A program made the position numbers and the translations under genes. Below the pieces are notes generated by a model. The model saw only the letters and a program-made list of their open reading frames with translations. It had not been told where the DNA came from and did not search any database. DNA of 64,000 nucleotides. Origin: a virus. The DNA is taken from the IMG/VR virus record IMGVR_UViG_3300013111_000141, positions 1 through 64,000 of that record; one strand, written 5' to 3'. How positions within the stretch are numbered: the first letter of the stretch is position 1; the number at the start of each line of letters is the position of its first letter. Below are positions 50,208 through 60,691 of the stretch, in pieces.

Positions 50208-51518
50208 TTATAAAAAACTATCCAAATCAGTCACAGGTTCAACCGAATCTATTCTTGATGTTGCAATCTCAAAATACTCTTGTTCTTTCTCGATACCGAT
50301 AAAATCAAAACCCTCATCTTTTGCAGCCATTCCAGTTGAACCACTTCCCATAAATGGGTCAAGAACAGTTCCACCTTTTGGTGTTACGAGTCTGCATAGG
50401 TATTTCATTAACTCTACAGGTTTAACCGTTGGATGTATATTCTTTCGTTCTGTTACAAATCTTCCAGTAACATCATTATCTATCTTTGATTTATCCATTT
50501 CATGTGGATCTCGTCTACCAGACATACTTGATGTCTTTTTGATAGGCATTTCATCACAACCCTGATTTCTTTCTTTCTTAGACACCTTTGGCGAATAGAA
50601 ATATCTTGCAGCTGAACCATCATCTCCATATTCTCTACCGGATGGGGATCCTGTTGATTTATCCCAAATACCACCAGATTTTGAACCTTCACCTTTGTAT
50701 TTACCAGCTTTAGTATATGGAAATACCTCTTTCACAACATCAGAACCATCATGCATTACATTTGATGGGAATCTACCAATTGAAGTGGATTCAATATCAG
50801 ACGGTTTCCAATTATCATCATGCATTACACCTAATGAAGACATTCCCCTATGTGTTCTTTCTTCATTTCGTACTCTACAACCATCAATATTAATACCACC
50901 AGTTCCATGTTTCAATACATTTGTGACAATAGTCTTTTCTGATAATGGTTTCCTAGCCATTACAATCGGTTCGTGTGCCGGTTTTAATGCAGTTCCCCAA
51001 CCTTCCCATTCTGAATTACCTCTATCTACAACAACCTCTGTAGTTGCATTTGTCTCGTTTGGTCTATAACCCTGTTCTTTTCTAGTTTTAGAAATACTTA
51101 CCTGATATCCACAACTTTTAGTTCCAACTACTTCTCTTTCATTGCCCTGTTTTGCATCTACCGATTTTCCGATGTTGTGCGACTTTGGAAACCCAGAACC
51201 ATAGAGCCACATAATCTGATCTCGTATCTCAAACCCTGCGTCCTCAATAGCAACTGCCATTCTATGATAGGTTCTAGAACCAGAAAATGCAAGTAAATGA
51301 CCACCGGGTTTCAATAACTTTAATGCAAGTTCCCACGTTTCTTTAGAAAATGCTATACCAGTATCATCCCATTGTTTCCCCATAAATCCTAACTCATATG
51401 GAGGATCCGTAACAATTGATTCAACTTGCACACCATCATCTATCATCTGTTTCATTCTATCAATACAATCATCACAATACAGTATCATCACCACCATCCT
51501 TACTGGGGAAAAAATCAT
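50208..51518 (-). CDS. Beta-class DNA N4/N6 methyltransferase
   Basis: VTDPPY, HPTVKP, VLDPFMGSGSTG; start probably ~30 nt downstream. Confidence 0.88.
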   Translation of the reverse strand: MIFSPVRMVVMILYCDDCIDRMKQMIDDGVQVESIVTDPPYELGFMGKQWDDTGIAFSKETWELALKLLKPGGHLLAFSGSRTYHRMAVAIEDAGFEIRDQIMWLYGSGFPKSHNIGKSVDAKQGNEREVVGTKSCGYQVSISKTRKEQGYRPNETNATTEVVVDRGNSEWEGWGTALKPAHEPIVMARKPLSEKTIVTNVLKHGTGGINIDGCRVRNEERTHRGMSSLGVMHDDNWKPSDIESTSIGRFPSNVMHDGSDVVKEVFPYTKAGKYKGEGSKSGGIWDKSTGSPSGREYGDDGSAARYFYSPKVSKKERNQGCDEMPIKKTSSMSGRRDPHEMDKSKIDNDVTGRFVTERKNIHPTVKPVELMKYLCRLVTPKGGTVLDPFMGSGSTGMAAKDEGFDFIGIEKEQEYFEIATSRIDSVEPVTDLDSFL

Positions 51519-51750
51519 TTACTTGATGACCTTTAAATTTAATAGTATCAGGTTTTTCAAAACACGACACATACACACGCCCCAATTCTTCCATTCTCAA
51601 CTCAAATAATTTAGATACTGCAACTACATCTTCACGTTCTGAACTATCCTTCATTTTTTTAATGATTAATTCTAAATCATCAGAAAATCCCCACACCCTC
51701 ATTATTAATTGATCTAACTCATACAACTTATCTATTTTATCTTTCTTCAT
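51472..51750 (-). CDS. Hypothetical protein
   Basis: GAGG SD; co-oriented. Confidence 0.5.
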   Translation of the reverse strand: MKKDKIDKLYELDQLIMRVWGFSDDLELIIKKMKDSSEREDVVAVSKLFELRMEELGRVYVSCFEKPDTIKFKGHQVNDFFPSKDGGDDTVL

Positions 51751-51992
51751 AATATACCTCTATACTTGTTATACATCCCCATATAATAATTATAACACAT
51801 AGCAGAACAATACATATTTTCACACTTTTCTATCCATTCATCACTAGGATATCCATCACCATAATAAACCATCAATGGGTTATATATCGGTGCATTTATA
51901 TCAAAAAAGGCATACTTCCCATTTACTCGTTGTAATTCTGGTATATTAATAAGTCCAGCAGCCACTTTCTTTATCACATATAAATGTTTCAT
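51747..51992 (-). CDS. Hypothetical protein
   Basis: ATGA overlap. Confidence 0.5.
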   Translation of the reverse strand: MKHLYVIKKVAAGLINIPELQRVNGKYAFFDINAPIYNPLMVYYGDGYPSDEWIEKCENMYCSAMCYNYYMGMYNKYRGIL

Positions 51993-51995
51993 ATA

Positions 51996-52211
51996 TCACC
52001 CACGTTCTGGAACTTCAGTACAAGTCACAAACCTTCTCATATAAAAAAAACAAAGTCTCCATTTATTATCCTCTAATATCCACCTAGAAGTCAACCCCCA
52101 CAATGCAAATTCTTCCATATTATCAGGTTTCACACCATCCATATATCTTGGTTCAGAATATACATTAATAGATAACATAAACAATAACATAAATGTAATT
52201 AAAATCTTCAT
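51996..52211 (-). CDS. Small secreted protein
   Basis: Signal peptide. Confidence 0.5.
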   Translation of the reverse strand: MKILITFMLLFMLSINVYSEPRYMDGVKPDNMEEFALWGLTSRWILEDNKWRLCFFYMRRFVTCTEVPERG

Positions 52212-52391
52212 AGACCACTTTTGACATTAGTCAACGAACACACCCATTTAACACCATATCTATCAAATGAAACCTTATAAATATTAAACACATTACATAT
52301 ATTAACATCTAATACAATACCATATCCATATCGTCCAGATATAACACCATCTCCACTACATATTTCTTTCATAACTATTCCTTACTAAAAC

Positions 52392-52467
52392 TGGTGGGTC
52401 TGGTAGGAGTCGAACCTACACTCGGCCGATTATGAGTCGGATGCATTAACCATTATGCTACAGACCC
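52392..52467 (-). tRNA. tRNA with CAT anticodon, probably tRNA-Ile2 (lysidine); elongator Met is the alternative
   Basis: GGGTCTG/CAGACCC-ACCA acceptor, CCGA-CTCATAA-TCGG anticodon arm, GTTCGAC T-loop; 76 nt; CCA encoded. Confidence 0.92.
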
Positions 52468-52580
52468 TATTATTTAAAACAAATGATAAGCAAAATATAT
52501 TCCAGTTGCAACCAAATGAAATAAAACTAAATTCGGTTCAAACGTTATTTTTCTATCTATTAAATTAATTAACATATTTT

Positions 52581-53072
52581 TTATCTCAACAAACGATAAG
52601 AACGATTAATATTAACCCGAACACTTTCTCCTGGCTCATAACTTAAAACAGATGACATAAGATTACCATCAACTTTATACGACACACTATAACCACTAAC
52701 ATATTGCTCTGTATGCGTATTTTCTTCAATAACACAATCATTCACATACTGTTTTTTTGATTTATAACTATCTTCAATACTAGAACCAATCATAGCACCA
52801 GCCGCAGTACCAAGCATTCTATTAACAGTAGAACCTGTTAATTTTCTAGTAATAACGTGTCCAGCAAAAGCACCAACAACCCCACCAAGCAAATTAGAGG
52901 AATTAGAATCAACATATACCTCACGTTTAACACATGTTCTAGTTGGTGTATCATACACCACTCTGTTATTATATATAGGGGTTGACGATATAACTGGAAC
53001 CGTAACCACCTCAGCATATGCATTAGTCGTTAACATTAATGACGTTAATAACAATAATTTACCACCTTTCAT
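52581..53072 (-). CDS. Glycine-zipper 2TM protein (YcfJ-like)
   Basis: Signal peptide, GGVVGAFAG...GTAAGAMIG, GY.V.Y...G...PG. Confidence 0.8.
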   Translation of the reverse strand: MKGGKLLLLTSLMLTTNAYAEVVTVPVISSTPIYNNRVVYDTPTRTCVKREVYVDSNSSNLLGGVVGAFAGHVITRKLTGSTVNRMLGTAAGAMIGSSIEDSYKSKKQYVNDCVIEENTHTEQYVSGYSVSYKVDGNLMSSVLSYEPGESVRVNINRSYRLLR

Positions 53073-53123
53073 GACTTTACTCCAATATTTCTAACTAATA
53101 TATATATAATAACACAAAAACAA

Positions 53124-55406
53124 CTATAAGTCAAGTCTTTTTTCAATAAAAATTGAAATTCTTTCCCATATTAAATCCGAATTATTATACAATATACCAT
53201 GACAATCTGAACCAATAATATGCATTTCCTTATCAGAGGAAACCACATTATTATATATATAATCAGCACCCCTAACTGAAACCAATGAATCATCTTTAGA
53301 ATATATAATCAACATAGGAACTGTTACATTAGATAATGTACTCTTAATACTTTTAACCAATCTTCCTACCTCATATATACTAAACGTTGGTATTATCCAA
53401 TAATTAATATGTTCATTCTCAGGGATATTCTTAAAAAATGTTTTAACTCCATTACATGATAATAATGTACTAACAACCTTATTAATACCGTTAATTATAG
53501 GTACAAACTTAATTCTAGTATCATCATAAAAAATAGGAGCAGATATAACAACTATAGATTTAACCCTAGAATCATTTATAAACTCTTTACGTAATGCAAT
53601 TGCACCACCAGTAGAAAACCCAACAATCACAATATTTTTAGACAACATAGAAGCCATGTCAAAATAACTATAAACCGATTTTATCCAATCATTATGGTTA
53701 TATTGCATCAACTCATATGGTGACGTACCATGACCAACGATTCTAGCACCAACAACAATATAACCAATTCCACACAAATAATCACCAAACCCCCTAACTT
53801 CTGCCGGTGATGACAATAATCCATGAATTAACAATATTACCACACCATTAGACTTTTTAGGAAATAAAATAAAAGGATTATCATCAGAAGTATTAATTTC
53901 AGAAAATTTAGAATTATATTTATCATTACTATATAATTTCTTATCATATGTTAACGATAGTTTCTGATCATCCAATAAATGTAATGCTATATCTTTATTA
54001 GTAACCTTATGCATATCACTAATAACACTCTTAACAACATTACCAACCAAAGAAACTGGTTGTATCTCATTATAATATACAACTAATAAATTCTCAACCC
54101 TAACTGTTAATGGATCAACATTAAAATTAAACTTACCAGATAAATATATAGTATTACTCCCTATGACCAATACACCTTGTTTCTCAAGAGACTCAATATA
54201 TTTTAATACATCTACATTATTACCACTTAATATATCACCATAAAGATGTGGAGTTAATAACCCACTATGTAATCTAATTCCAGACTTCTGTTGTAATGTC
54301 TTTAACACCAAATATAATTCTTTATGTAATTGATCCTTGGAAATAGATACTATATTTTGTTTAAATCTATACATCAATAAGCAAGATATTAAATGACTTA
54401 AATTAATAGTAACATAAGAATAAATACTCTTAGTGTAATAGTCACGTGTAAGATTAGAACACTTTATAAGATGCTTATGCAACATATCGACTTTCCAAGA
54501 CTTATCAACATCACCAATAGAAAACACATCATCTAAGGATTTTATAGAATCAGTAAATGTTTCAGTTAACGACGACTTCCATGAATGCCAAATACCGGAG
54601 GTAGATATCACTTTGCTCATAACAACATCCATATCAGTATCTTTAGTAATTAAATTACCCTCAACTAACAACTCTTCTGTTTGTCGTAATGTGAGTCCAT
54701 TAGAAATATATTCAACTGCCTTCAATAAAACATTATCAGTTACACGCAAAGGATAAAACGTTATATTAGATGCAACTATATTAGTAGGTTTTGATACTGC
54801 ATCCAATAACTCATCCAAACTATTAAAATCTAATTCCTTTTGCCACATTAATAATCTATCCATGTCCATATCTCTATGAGCATTACGAACTATAAACTTA
54901 AACACCTCCAACCCATGTGACAAAACAGCTGCCCCAGTATGTTGTTTCCGTACTTTCATAGTTGTTTGACATAACATATTATAATGTCCTTCATCATCAA
55001 CAACCCTATGATCCTTTACCATTCCACCTTCAGGAAAAATAACAACTTTATGTCCGTGTAATATTTGTTTCGCTAAAATAGGAAATAATCTGGGGTGATT
55101 ATGAGGGACAACTCCTAACTTACTTAAATAGGATGATAATATATTATCATTTTTAAAAAATTCACCAGACCCAACAGAATAACAATAACTACCATTTTCT
55201 TCATGTATCAAATATTGAGGGATAAATGTTTCTATACGAGAAAAATGATTAAATACAAATATACTACCATCGTCAATATTAATATCAGAATGAATATTAA
55301 TATTAATTCTTAATAATCGTTTCAGAATTCTAAATGAACGTATAGATAATCTATACATACGTTTATCTATATCAATCCAATCACGATTATACTTAAACCC
55401 ACTCAT
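53124..55406 (-). CDS. Glycerolipid acyltransferase-like domain fused to an alpha/beta-hydrolase (esterase/lipase)
   Basis: NHFSRIE and IFPEGG (PlsB/C-like); HG, GFSTG, D, H triad in the C-terminal domain. Confidence 0.75.
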   Translation of the reverse strand: MSGFKYNRDWIDIDKRMYRLSIRSFRILKRLLRININIHSDINIDDGSIFVFNHFSRIETFIPQYLIHEENGSYCYSVGSGEFFKNDNILSSYLSKLGVVPHNHPRLFPILAKQILHGHKVVIFPEGGMVKDHRVVDDEGHYNMLCQTTMKVRKQHTGAAVLSHGLEVFKFIVRNAHRDMDMDRLLMWQKELDFNSLDELLDAVSKPTNIVASNITFYPLRVTDNVLLKAVEYISNGLTLRQTEELLVEGNLITKDTDMDVVMSKVISTSGIWHSWKSSLTETFTDSIKSLDDVFSIGDVDKSWKVDMLHKHLIKCSNLTRDYYTKSIYSYVTINLSHLISCLLMYRFKQNIVSISKDQLHKELYLVLKTLQQKSGIRLHSGLLTPHLYGDILSGNNVDVLKYIESLEKQGVLVIGSNTIYLSGKFNFNVDPLTVRVENLLVVYYNEIQPVSLVGNVVKSVISDMHKVTNKDIALHLLDDQKLSLTYDKKLYSNDKYNSKFSEINTSDDNPFILFPKKSNGVVILLIHGLLSSPAEVRGFGDYLCGIGYIVVGARIVGHGTSPYELMQYNHNDWIKSVYSYFDMASMLSKNIVIVGFSTGGAIALRKEFINDSRVKSIVVISAPIFYDDTRIKFVPIINGINKVVSTLLSCNGVKTFFKNIPENEHINYWIIPTFSIYEVGRLVKSIKSTLSNVTVPMLIIYSKDDSLVSVRGADYIYNNVVSSDKEMHIIGSDCHGILYNNSDLIWERISIFIEKRLDL

Positions 55407-56410
55407 GTTATTAAAAACTCATCAAGCGTGACAGCATTCTTACGTTCAGTCTCAGTATTAACATTCTCTTTAGTTATCTTAAAAAACTGTTCTGATGCTT
55501 CAAATCCAATATACTTTCTACCAAGTTGTGATGCTCTAACTAATGTAGTGCCTGTGCCAGAAAAGGGGTCAAGAACAACACCACCTACTGGACAACCCGC
55601 AATTATAGGTTTATCAATTAATTCTGAATTATATGAAGCAAGGTGTGAAGAACGATTACCCTTTATCGTGATATTCCAAAAATCAGCAACATCACCCGGG
55701 TTCTTTCCTTTTGGATTTAATGAAGTATTACCACTATTGTATTCATCAATATCACGTCCACCATTCTTTGGTCTAGAAAGACTTTGAGCAGAACTCACCC
55801 CAATACCAGTAGAATACTTATTTTCATTAGTACCACGTAAGGCTCTTTTAATAGAAGTAGTCATATTCTCATCACGAATAGAATCAAGGTCAAAATAATA
55901 ACCTTTAGGTTTCTTCGTCATTAAAAATATATATTCGTGTTTCTTTGAGAATCTATCACGAACTGATTCCGGCATACCATTTCTCTTTGCCCAGATTATA
56001 TCATTACGAATAGTCCAACCACGATCATAACAACCAATAGCAAATCTATGAGGAATCAATAATAAACTTTTAGATCTCAAATCAGATGGTTGTTTTATCA
56101 CCATACCACCCAAATATTCACCAGTTCTACTTCCGGTATATCCCATATTAAGTCCACCAGATTTAGTAGAATATGTGTCGCCAAGATTGATCCACACAGT
56201 ACCAGTATCTTTTAAAACTCTATATATCTCATCCATCATTTCCCATAAATGTTCAAGATATTCTTGAAATGTGGGTTCTAATCCCCACTGCCCATCAAAC
56301 CCATAGTCTCTTAATTGCCAATATGGCGGTGACGTAATGACACAATCAATAGATGCATCATCTAACTTTTTGAAACCTTCCATGATGTCACAATTATATA
56401 TTTTATCCAA
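55403..56410 (-). CDS. Beta-class DNA (N4-cytosine-type) methyltransferase
   Basis: ITSPPYW.LRDY, H.A, VLDPFSGTGTT; start set at the TTG after GGAGG. Confidence 0.88.
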   Translation of the reverse strand: MDKIYNCDIMEGFKKLDDASIDCVITSPPYWQLRDYGFDGQWGLEPTFQEYLEHLWEMMDEIYRVLKDTGTVWINLGDTYSTKSGGLNMGYTGSRTGEYLGGMVIKQPSDLRSKSLLLIPHRFAIGCYDRGWTIRNDIIWAKRNGMPESVRDRFSKKHEYIFLMTKKPKGYYFDLDSIRDENMTTSIKRALRGTNENKYSTGIGVSSAQSLSRPKNGGRDIDEYNSGNTSLNPKGKNPGDVADFWNITIKGNRSSHLASYNSELIDKPIIAGCPVGGVVLDPFSGTGTTLVRASQLGRKYIGFEASEQFFKITKENVNTETERKNAVTLDEFLIT

Positions 56411-56433
56411 ATCAAACCCTCCACTATATTCAT

Positions 56434-56462
56434 AGTATACCACACCCCAACTTAATTGTCAA
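56434..56462 (-). promoter_or_regulatory. Sigma70 promoter
   Basis: TTGACA-17-TATACT with TGn. Confidence 0.7.
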
Positions 56463-56470
56463 GGTGTTTA

Positions 56471-57115
56471 TTAATTTTTTTCCAATGCTAATTGAAACGA
56501 AGGTCTGACTATACAACGGTCAACATACGATTTAAGATGTGGGAAGTCATGTAAAAGTTCTGGGAACCAATTCAATGTAGATGATACCATTATATCAACA
56601 ACAGAAAATTCATGTCCTATCATATATGGACGTTGAACCATCATTGGATTATTACCATTCATAGAATTGTCTATAACTACTAATATTTTTTTATATCGTT
56701 CTAAAGAATATTCAACAACCGACTGTCTACGTTTTTCTTTAGGCAACAACTTACTATGTAAAAATATATCCACCAACGGATACTCCATAGTAGAAGTAAC
56801 ATAAAACATCCACTTCAAATACTCAGTCCGATACAAACTAGACACGTCAGGAGACAACCCCGATTCAGGATTCATATCACACAAATACATACAAATAGCA
56901 CCAGCCTCCCATATAACATTATTATTATACTTTAATGTCGGTACGGATGCATTTGGATTCAATGTCAAATAATCTCTATCTGTTTTACCATCACCAAATA
57001 TATTGATTGGTGTTAACTGATACTCAATACCTAATTCTTCTAATAACCATAAAGGTCTAAATGACCTCGTATCAGTACAATGATACAACTCAATAATATC
57101 GTTACTCATATTCAC
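56471..57115 (-). CDS. Glutathione S-transferase
   Basis: RS.R..WLLEELG, LNP...VP.L, E.GAI..YL, FS..DI. Confidence 0.9.
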   Translation of the reverse strand: MNMSNDIIELYHCTDTRSFRPLWLLEELGIEYQLTPINIFGDGKTDRDYLTLNPNASVPTLKYNNNVIWEAGAICMYLCDMNPESGLSPDVSSLYRTEYLKWMFYVTSTMEYPLVDIFLHSKLLPKEKRRQSVVEYSLERYKKILVVIDNSMNGNNPMMVQRPYMIGHEFSVVDIMVSSTLNWFPELLHDFPHLKSYVDRCIVRPSFQLALEKN

Positions 57116-57117
57116 TC

Positions 57118-57435
57118 CTACAGATTAGTTGGGTTCACTGAGAAATATAATGCAAATGTCTTTACCGTATCTGGGTATACATGTTCATTATATTCTAATA
57201 CCTTTCCTTCCTCTAAAAATTCACGTTTTAATAAACACTTATCCACGTGATTTGGTAAATTGTCAAAATTGTCATATAAATGTTTCATCACCTCATAATG
57301 TCTTATCTCTGAATATATATTATTACTATCTGGATGATGAGTAAACATATATGAATACATTAAATAATATCCTATTTCCTTTTCTAATTTATATTTATCA
57401 GACTCCATATACTCATAATACTTATCAATCTTCAT
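57118..57435 (-). CDS. Hypothetical protein
   Basis: Co-oriented; YYLM.SY. Confidence 0.5.
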   Translation of the reverse strand: MKIDKYYEYMESDKYKLEKEIGYYLMYSYMFTHHPDSNNIYSEIRHYEVMKHLYDNFDNLPNHVDKCLLKREFLEEGKVLEYNEHVYPDTVKTFALYFSVNPTNL

Positions 57436-57436
57436 A

Positions 57437-58141
57437 TTATTTATTTCGTCTATTACCTATAGAATCACCATAAGCTACTGCCAATGGTAACAACTTAGCT
57501 AAAGGTAAACTAATCTTTAAAACATTAAGTTTCATATCTCTATCTAACAATATAGCAGATAAAAACCTATGGTGTCCATCAATAATGCGATTATCCGATG
57601 ATACTATTAATACTTTGGAATTTAATAATTTTATAGTCCCATTAACACCATTCTTAGCTATAGTACCAAGTCCCTTATCAAAATATATTTGATCCTGAAT
57701 TGGAGTCAAATCTTTCGCTGAAATTTTATCACGTGTAACTTTTACCACATCATCCCGTTCATTACCATCATTCTTTTTTAACCCAGCCTTTAAAAACTTA
57801 TCAGCCTTATCACCTGATAATCCTTCTGGAAATGGATTTGACGGAACTGTATCTTTAGAAAATGGTTTTATTATATCCAATTTTCCCTTTGACAATCTCT
57901 TTTGAAATTTATCAATATCTTTAGATGTTATAACGGGCATATCCTTTCTCTTAGTATGACCTTTATATGATAGTTTCTGAGCCAAAACATAATTCTTATC
58001 AAAATCTGGAATATCTTTATCTAGTGTTGGTAGTTTAGATAACGCATATTCCCTTGCATCTTCTAAGGACGTAGTAACAACTTCAAGTTTACCAGCCGCA
58101 GCACCACCATTTTCCATTAAATAACTCTTAAATGTCTTCAT
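57437..58141 (-). CDS. ParB/Srx-like domain protein with capsid-targeting-like leader
   Basis: MKTFKSYLME; L.P.Q ... IIDGHHR. Confidence 0.65.
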   Translation of the reverse strand: MKTFKSYLMENGGAAAGKLEVVTTSLEDAREYALSKLPTLDKDIPDFDKNYVLAQKLSYKGHTKRKDMPVITSKDIDKFQKRLSKGKLDIIKPFSKDTVPSNPFPEGLSGDKADKFLKAGLKKNDGNERDDVVKVTRDKISAKDLTPIQDQIYFDKGLGTIAKNGVNGTIKLLNSKVLIVSSDNRIIDGHHRFLSAILLDRDMKLNVLKISLPLAKLLPLAVAYGDSIGNRRNK

Positions 58142-59355
58142 TTCTCCCAACCTTTTATTATATCTTTTGAAAAATTATTTGCTGAAAATTCCATTCGGTT
58201 TACCAATTTAACAGCATTATCATCACGATCAATTGCAACAAATCCCTCTGAACCAGATACTTTAAATCCATTCTTAGTTCTTACAAAGGTGGATATATCA
58301 GACACACTCTCCATTTTATCTATTAAAATCTCTTTAGCATCAACTAAATGATTTTGTAATTCAAACATCAATCTTAAATTCTTTTTATTAGAATCCGAAA
58401 AAAAACTTAAAACATCTTCTCTTGATTTAGACTTTTTAGCTTTACCTTTATCCGACTTCAATTTGTCAATATCTTTTTGATACTTATCTGAAATATATTT
58501 AATAAGTTCATCTGTATGTTTTCTAGTATTTGTAATCTTCTCTTGTGACCTAACTTTAGTATTATTAAACGTATTAATCAACTGATTAATAACTGAATTG
58601 GTAGAAACATCATTTAATGTTGTTGCAGATATTTTTCTAAATATCTTACCAGCATCAGATAAATGTGATGTAACTATATCAGTCTCAGATTTAGTCATAG
58701 TAGCAGTACCAGACAAATCAGTAAGATCAGCAGTTCTCATCCATACACTTGAAGTCTTTTTAAAATCACGAATACTAATATTAAATGATGCAGACATATT
58801 CTCAAAAGAATCACCAGTATATTTTGTATGCCAAACAACTCCTATCTTTGATTGTAATATAGAACCAGCCTGTGATGTTGGTACAGCGTATACTATCGTA
58901 TTAGGATGAAAGGTAACATAAGACTCACCATCAATTGTTTCATTCTTAAGATCAGAATTAGTATACATAATATCACCTTGCACGACACCCTTAATACCAA
59001 GTTTCTTTAATTCAGTATATGCAATCTTTAACTTACTAGACAAATCACCAGAAGTATCATCATCTATATCACTATGTGACTTGTATACTTTTGGATTCTT
59101 ATTAAATATACCCTTCTTCGCAACAAAAAACTGTCCATCTGTCGGGTCAATACCAGCAAACACAGCAGGTGCGCCATCCCACTTAACAGTCACTGAATGT
59201 GAAGTATTAGAATTACCAGACAACATATCTCTCAATGACCTTAAAGCGTTAATGGCACCACGTGTACCATTAACGCCACCATCAAGGACAAGATCCTCAA
59301 TATGAGTCATATGAGTATTTTTAGCTTCTGTTACATATTCTTGAAATGTTAACAT
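58138..59355 (-). CDS. Nucleotidyltransferase/RNA-ligase-like protein (DUF6267-like) with capsid-targeting-like leader
   Basis: MLTFQEYVTE; KWDG, QGD, EGFV, VKLV. Confidence 0.6.
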   Translation of the reverse strand: MLTFQEYVTEAKNTHMTHIEDLVLDGGVNGTRGAINALRSLRDMLSGNSNTSHSVTVKWDGAPAVFAGIDPTDGQFFVAKKGIFNKNPKVYKSHSDIDDDTSGDLSSKLKIAYTELKKLGIKGVVQGDIMYTNSDLKNETIDGESYVTFHPNTIVYAVPTSQAGSILQSKIGVVWHTKYTGDSFENMSASFNISIRDFKKTSSVWMRTADLTDLSGTATMTKSETDIVTSHLSDAGKIFRKISATTLNDVSTNSVINQLINTFNNTKVRSQEKITNTRKHTDELIKYISDKYQKDIDKLKSDKGKAKKSKSREDVLSFFSDSNKKNLRLMFELQNHLVDAKEILIDKMESVSDISTFVRTKNGFKVSGSEGFVAIDRDDNAVKLVNRMEFSANNFSKDIIKGWEK

Positions 59356-59381
59356 ATATTACAACTCTAATTGTAAAATTA

Positions 59382-59389
59382 TATTTATA
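59382..59389 (-). promoter_or_regulatory. T4-type late promoter TATAAATA
   Basis: Exact consensus 27 nt upstream of the 59355 start. Confidence 0.7.
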
Positions 59390-59392
59390 ATA

Positions 59393-60670
59393 TTAAAACT
59401 GTTCCTCTTCAGTAGAACCGTCCATAGCAGTAACAGATGATTTACCACCTTGTATAACATTTGTAACAGAATCAAAATAACCAGCACCAACTTCCTCTTG
59501 ATGCCTTGCAAATGTATATCCATCTTTAACCGAAGCAAACTCAGGTTCTTGGACACCCTCCACATAAGCAGTCATACCACGTTCAACATAATCCTTTGAC
59601 AACTCAAACATAGAATGCCACATATCATGAATACCAGCCAACGTAATAAATTGCCATTTGAACCCCATCTCCCCCAATTTTTGTTGATAGTGTCTTATTT
59701 CTTCGTCACTTAAATTCTTCTTCCAGTTGAATGACGGAGAGCAATTATACGCCAACAATTTTCCAGGGTACTGTTGATGGATTGCCGTAGCGAACTTCTG
59801 TGCCTCTTCTAAGTTCGGGACCGCAGTTTCGCACCATAACATATCAGCATACGCCGCATAAGATAATCCCCTTGATATCGCCTGATCTATTCCGCAGTTA
59901 ACTCGGAAAAACCCTTCCTCAGTTCTCTCCCCTGTGACGAATTCCTTGTCACGGACATCAATATCAGATGTTAACAAAGTTGCTGCATTAGCGTCGGTTC
60001 TTGCGATAATAACGATAGGCACTCCCATAACATCAGATGCCAATCTGGCAGAAATTAATTTCTGAATCGCCTCTTGTGTTGGTACTAACACCTTACCACC
60101 CATATGTCCACATTTCTTAGCAGATGATAATTGATCTTCTAAATGAATACCCGATACACCACACTCTATCATAGATTTAGTCAACTCATAAGAATTCAAC
60201 ACCCCGCCAAACCCAGCCTCAGCATCAGCGATAATTGGAGCAAAGTAATCAATATCATTTCTTCCCTTATTCCATTGAATTTCATCTGCTCTACGGAATG
60301 TATTATTAATACGTCTTACCATCATTGGTACTGAATTATATGCATATAATGATTGATCTGGATACATTGTTTCTGACGAATTACCATCAGCAGCAACTTG
60401 CCAACCTGATAAATATATAACCTTAATACCAGCCTTAACTTGTTGCATAGCCTGTCCAGCAGTTATAGCCCCCATAGAATTAACATATCCATCTTCGTTA
60501 ATCAATTTCCAAAGTTTTTTAGAACCCACGGTAGACACTGTATATTCTTCATCAAACGAACCGCTTAACCTAATAACATCTTCTGCCGAATAATCACGTT
60601 TGACATTCAACCAACGTTCATTCTCACTCCAATCTTTCTCTAAAGTTCGTACTCTACCCAATTGTTCCAT
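59393..60670 (-). CDS. aceA: Isocitrate lyase
   Basis: [59 protein letters not shown]. Confidence 0.97.
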   Translation of the reverse strand: MEQLGRVRTLEKDWSENERWLNVKRDYSAEDVIRLSGSFDEEYTVSTVGSKKLWKLINEDGYVNSMGAITAGQAMQQVKAGIKVIYLSGWQVAADGNSSETMYPDQSLYAYNSVPMMVRRINNTFRRADEIQWNKGRNDIDYFAPIIADAEAGFGGVLNSYELTKSMIECGVSGIHLEDQLSSAKKCGHMGGKVLVPTQEAIQKLISARLASDVMGVPIVIIARTDANAATLLTSDIDVRDKEFVTGERTEEGFFRVNCGIDQAISRGLSYAAYADMLWCETAVPNLEEAQKFATAIHQQYPGKLLAYNCSPSFNWKKNLSDEEIRHYQQKLGEMGFKWQFITLAGIHDMWHSMFELSKDYVERGMTAYVEGVQEPEFASVKDGYTFARHQEEVGAGYFDSVTNVIQGGKSSVTAMDGSTEEEQF

Positions 60671-60691
60671 AAATAAATCATCCTATTTTAA

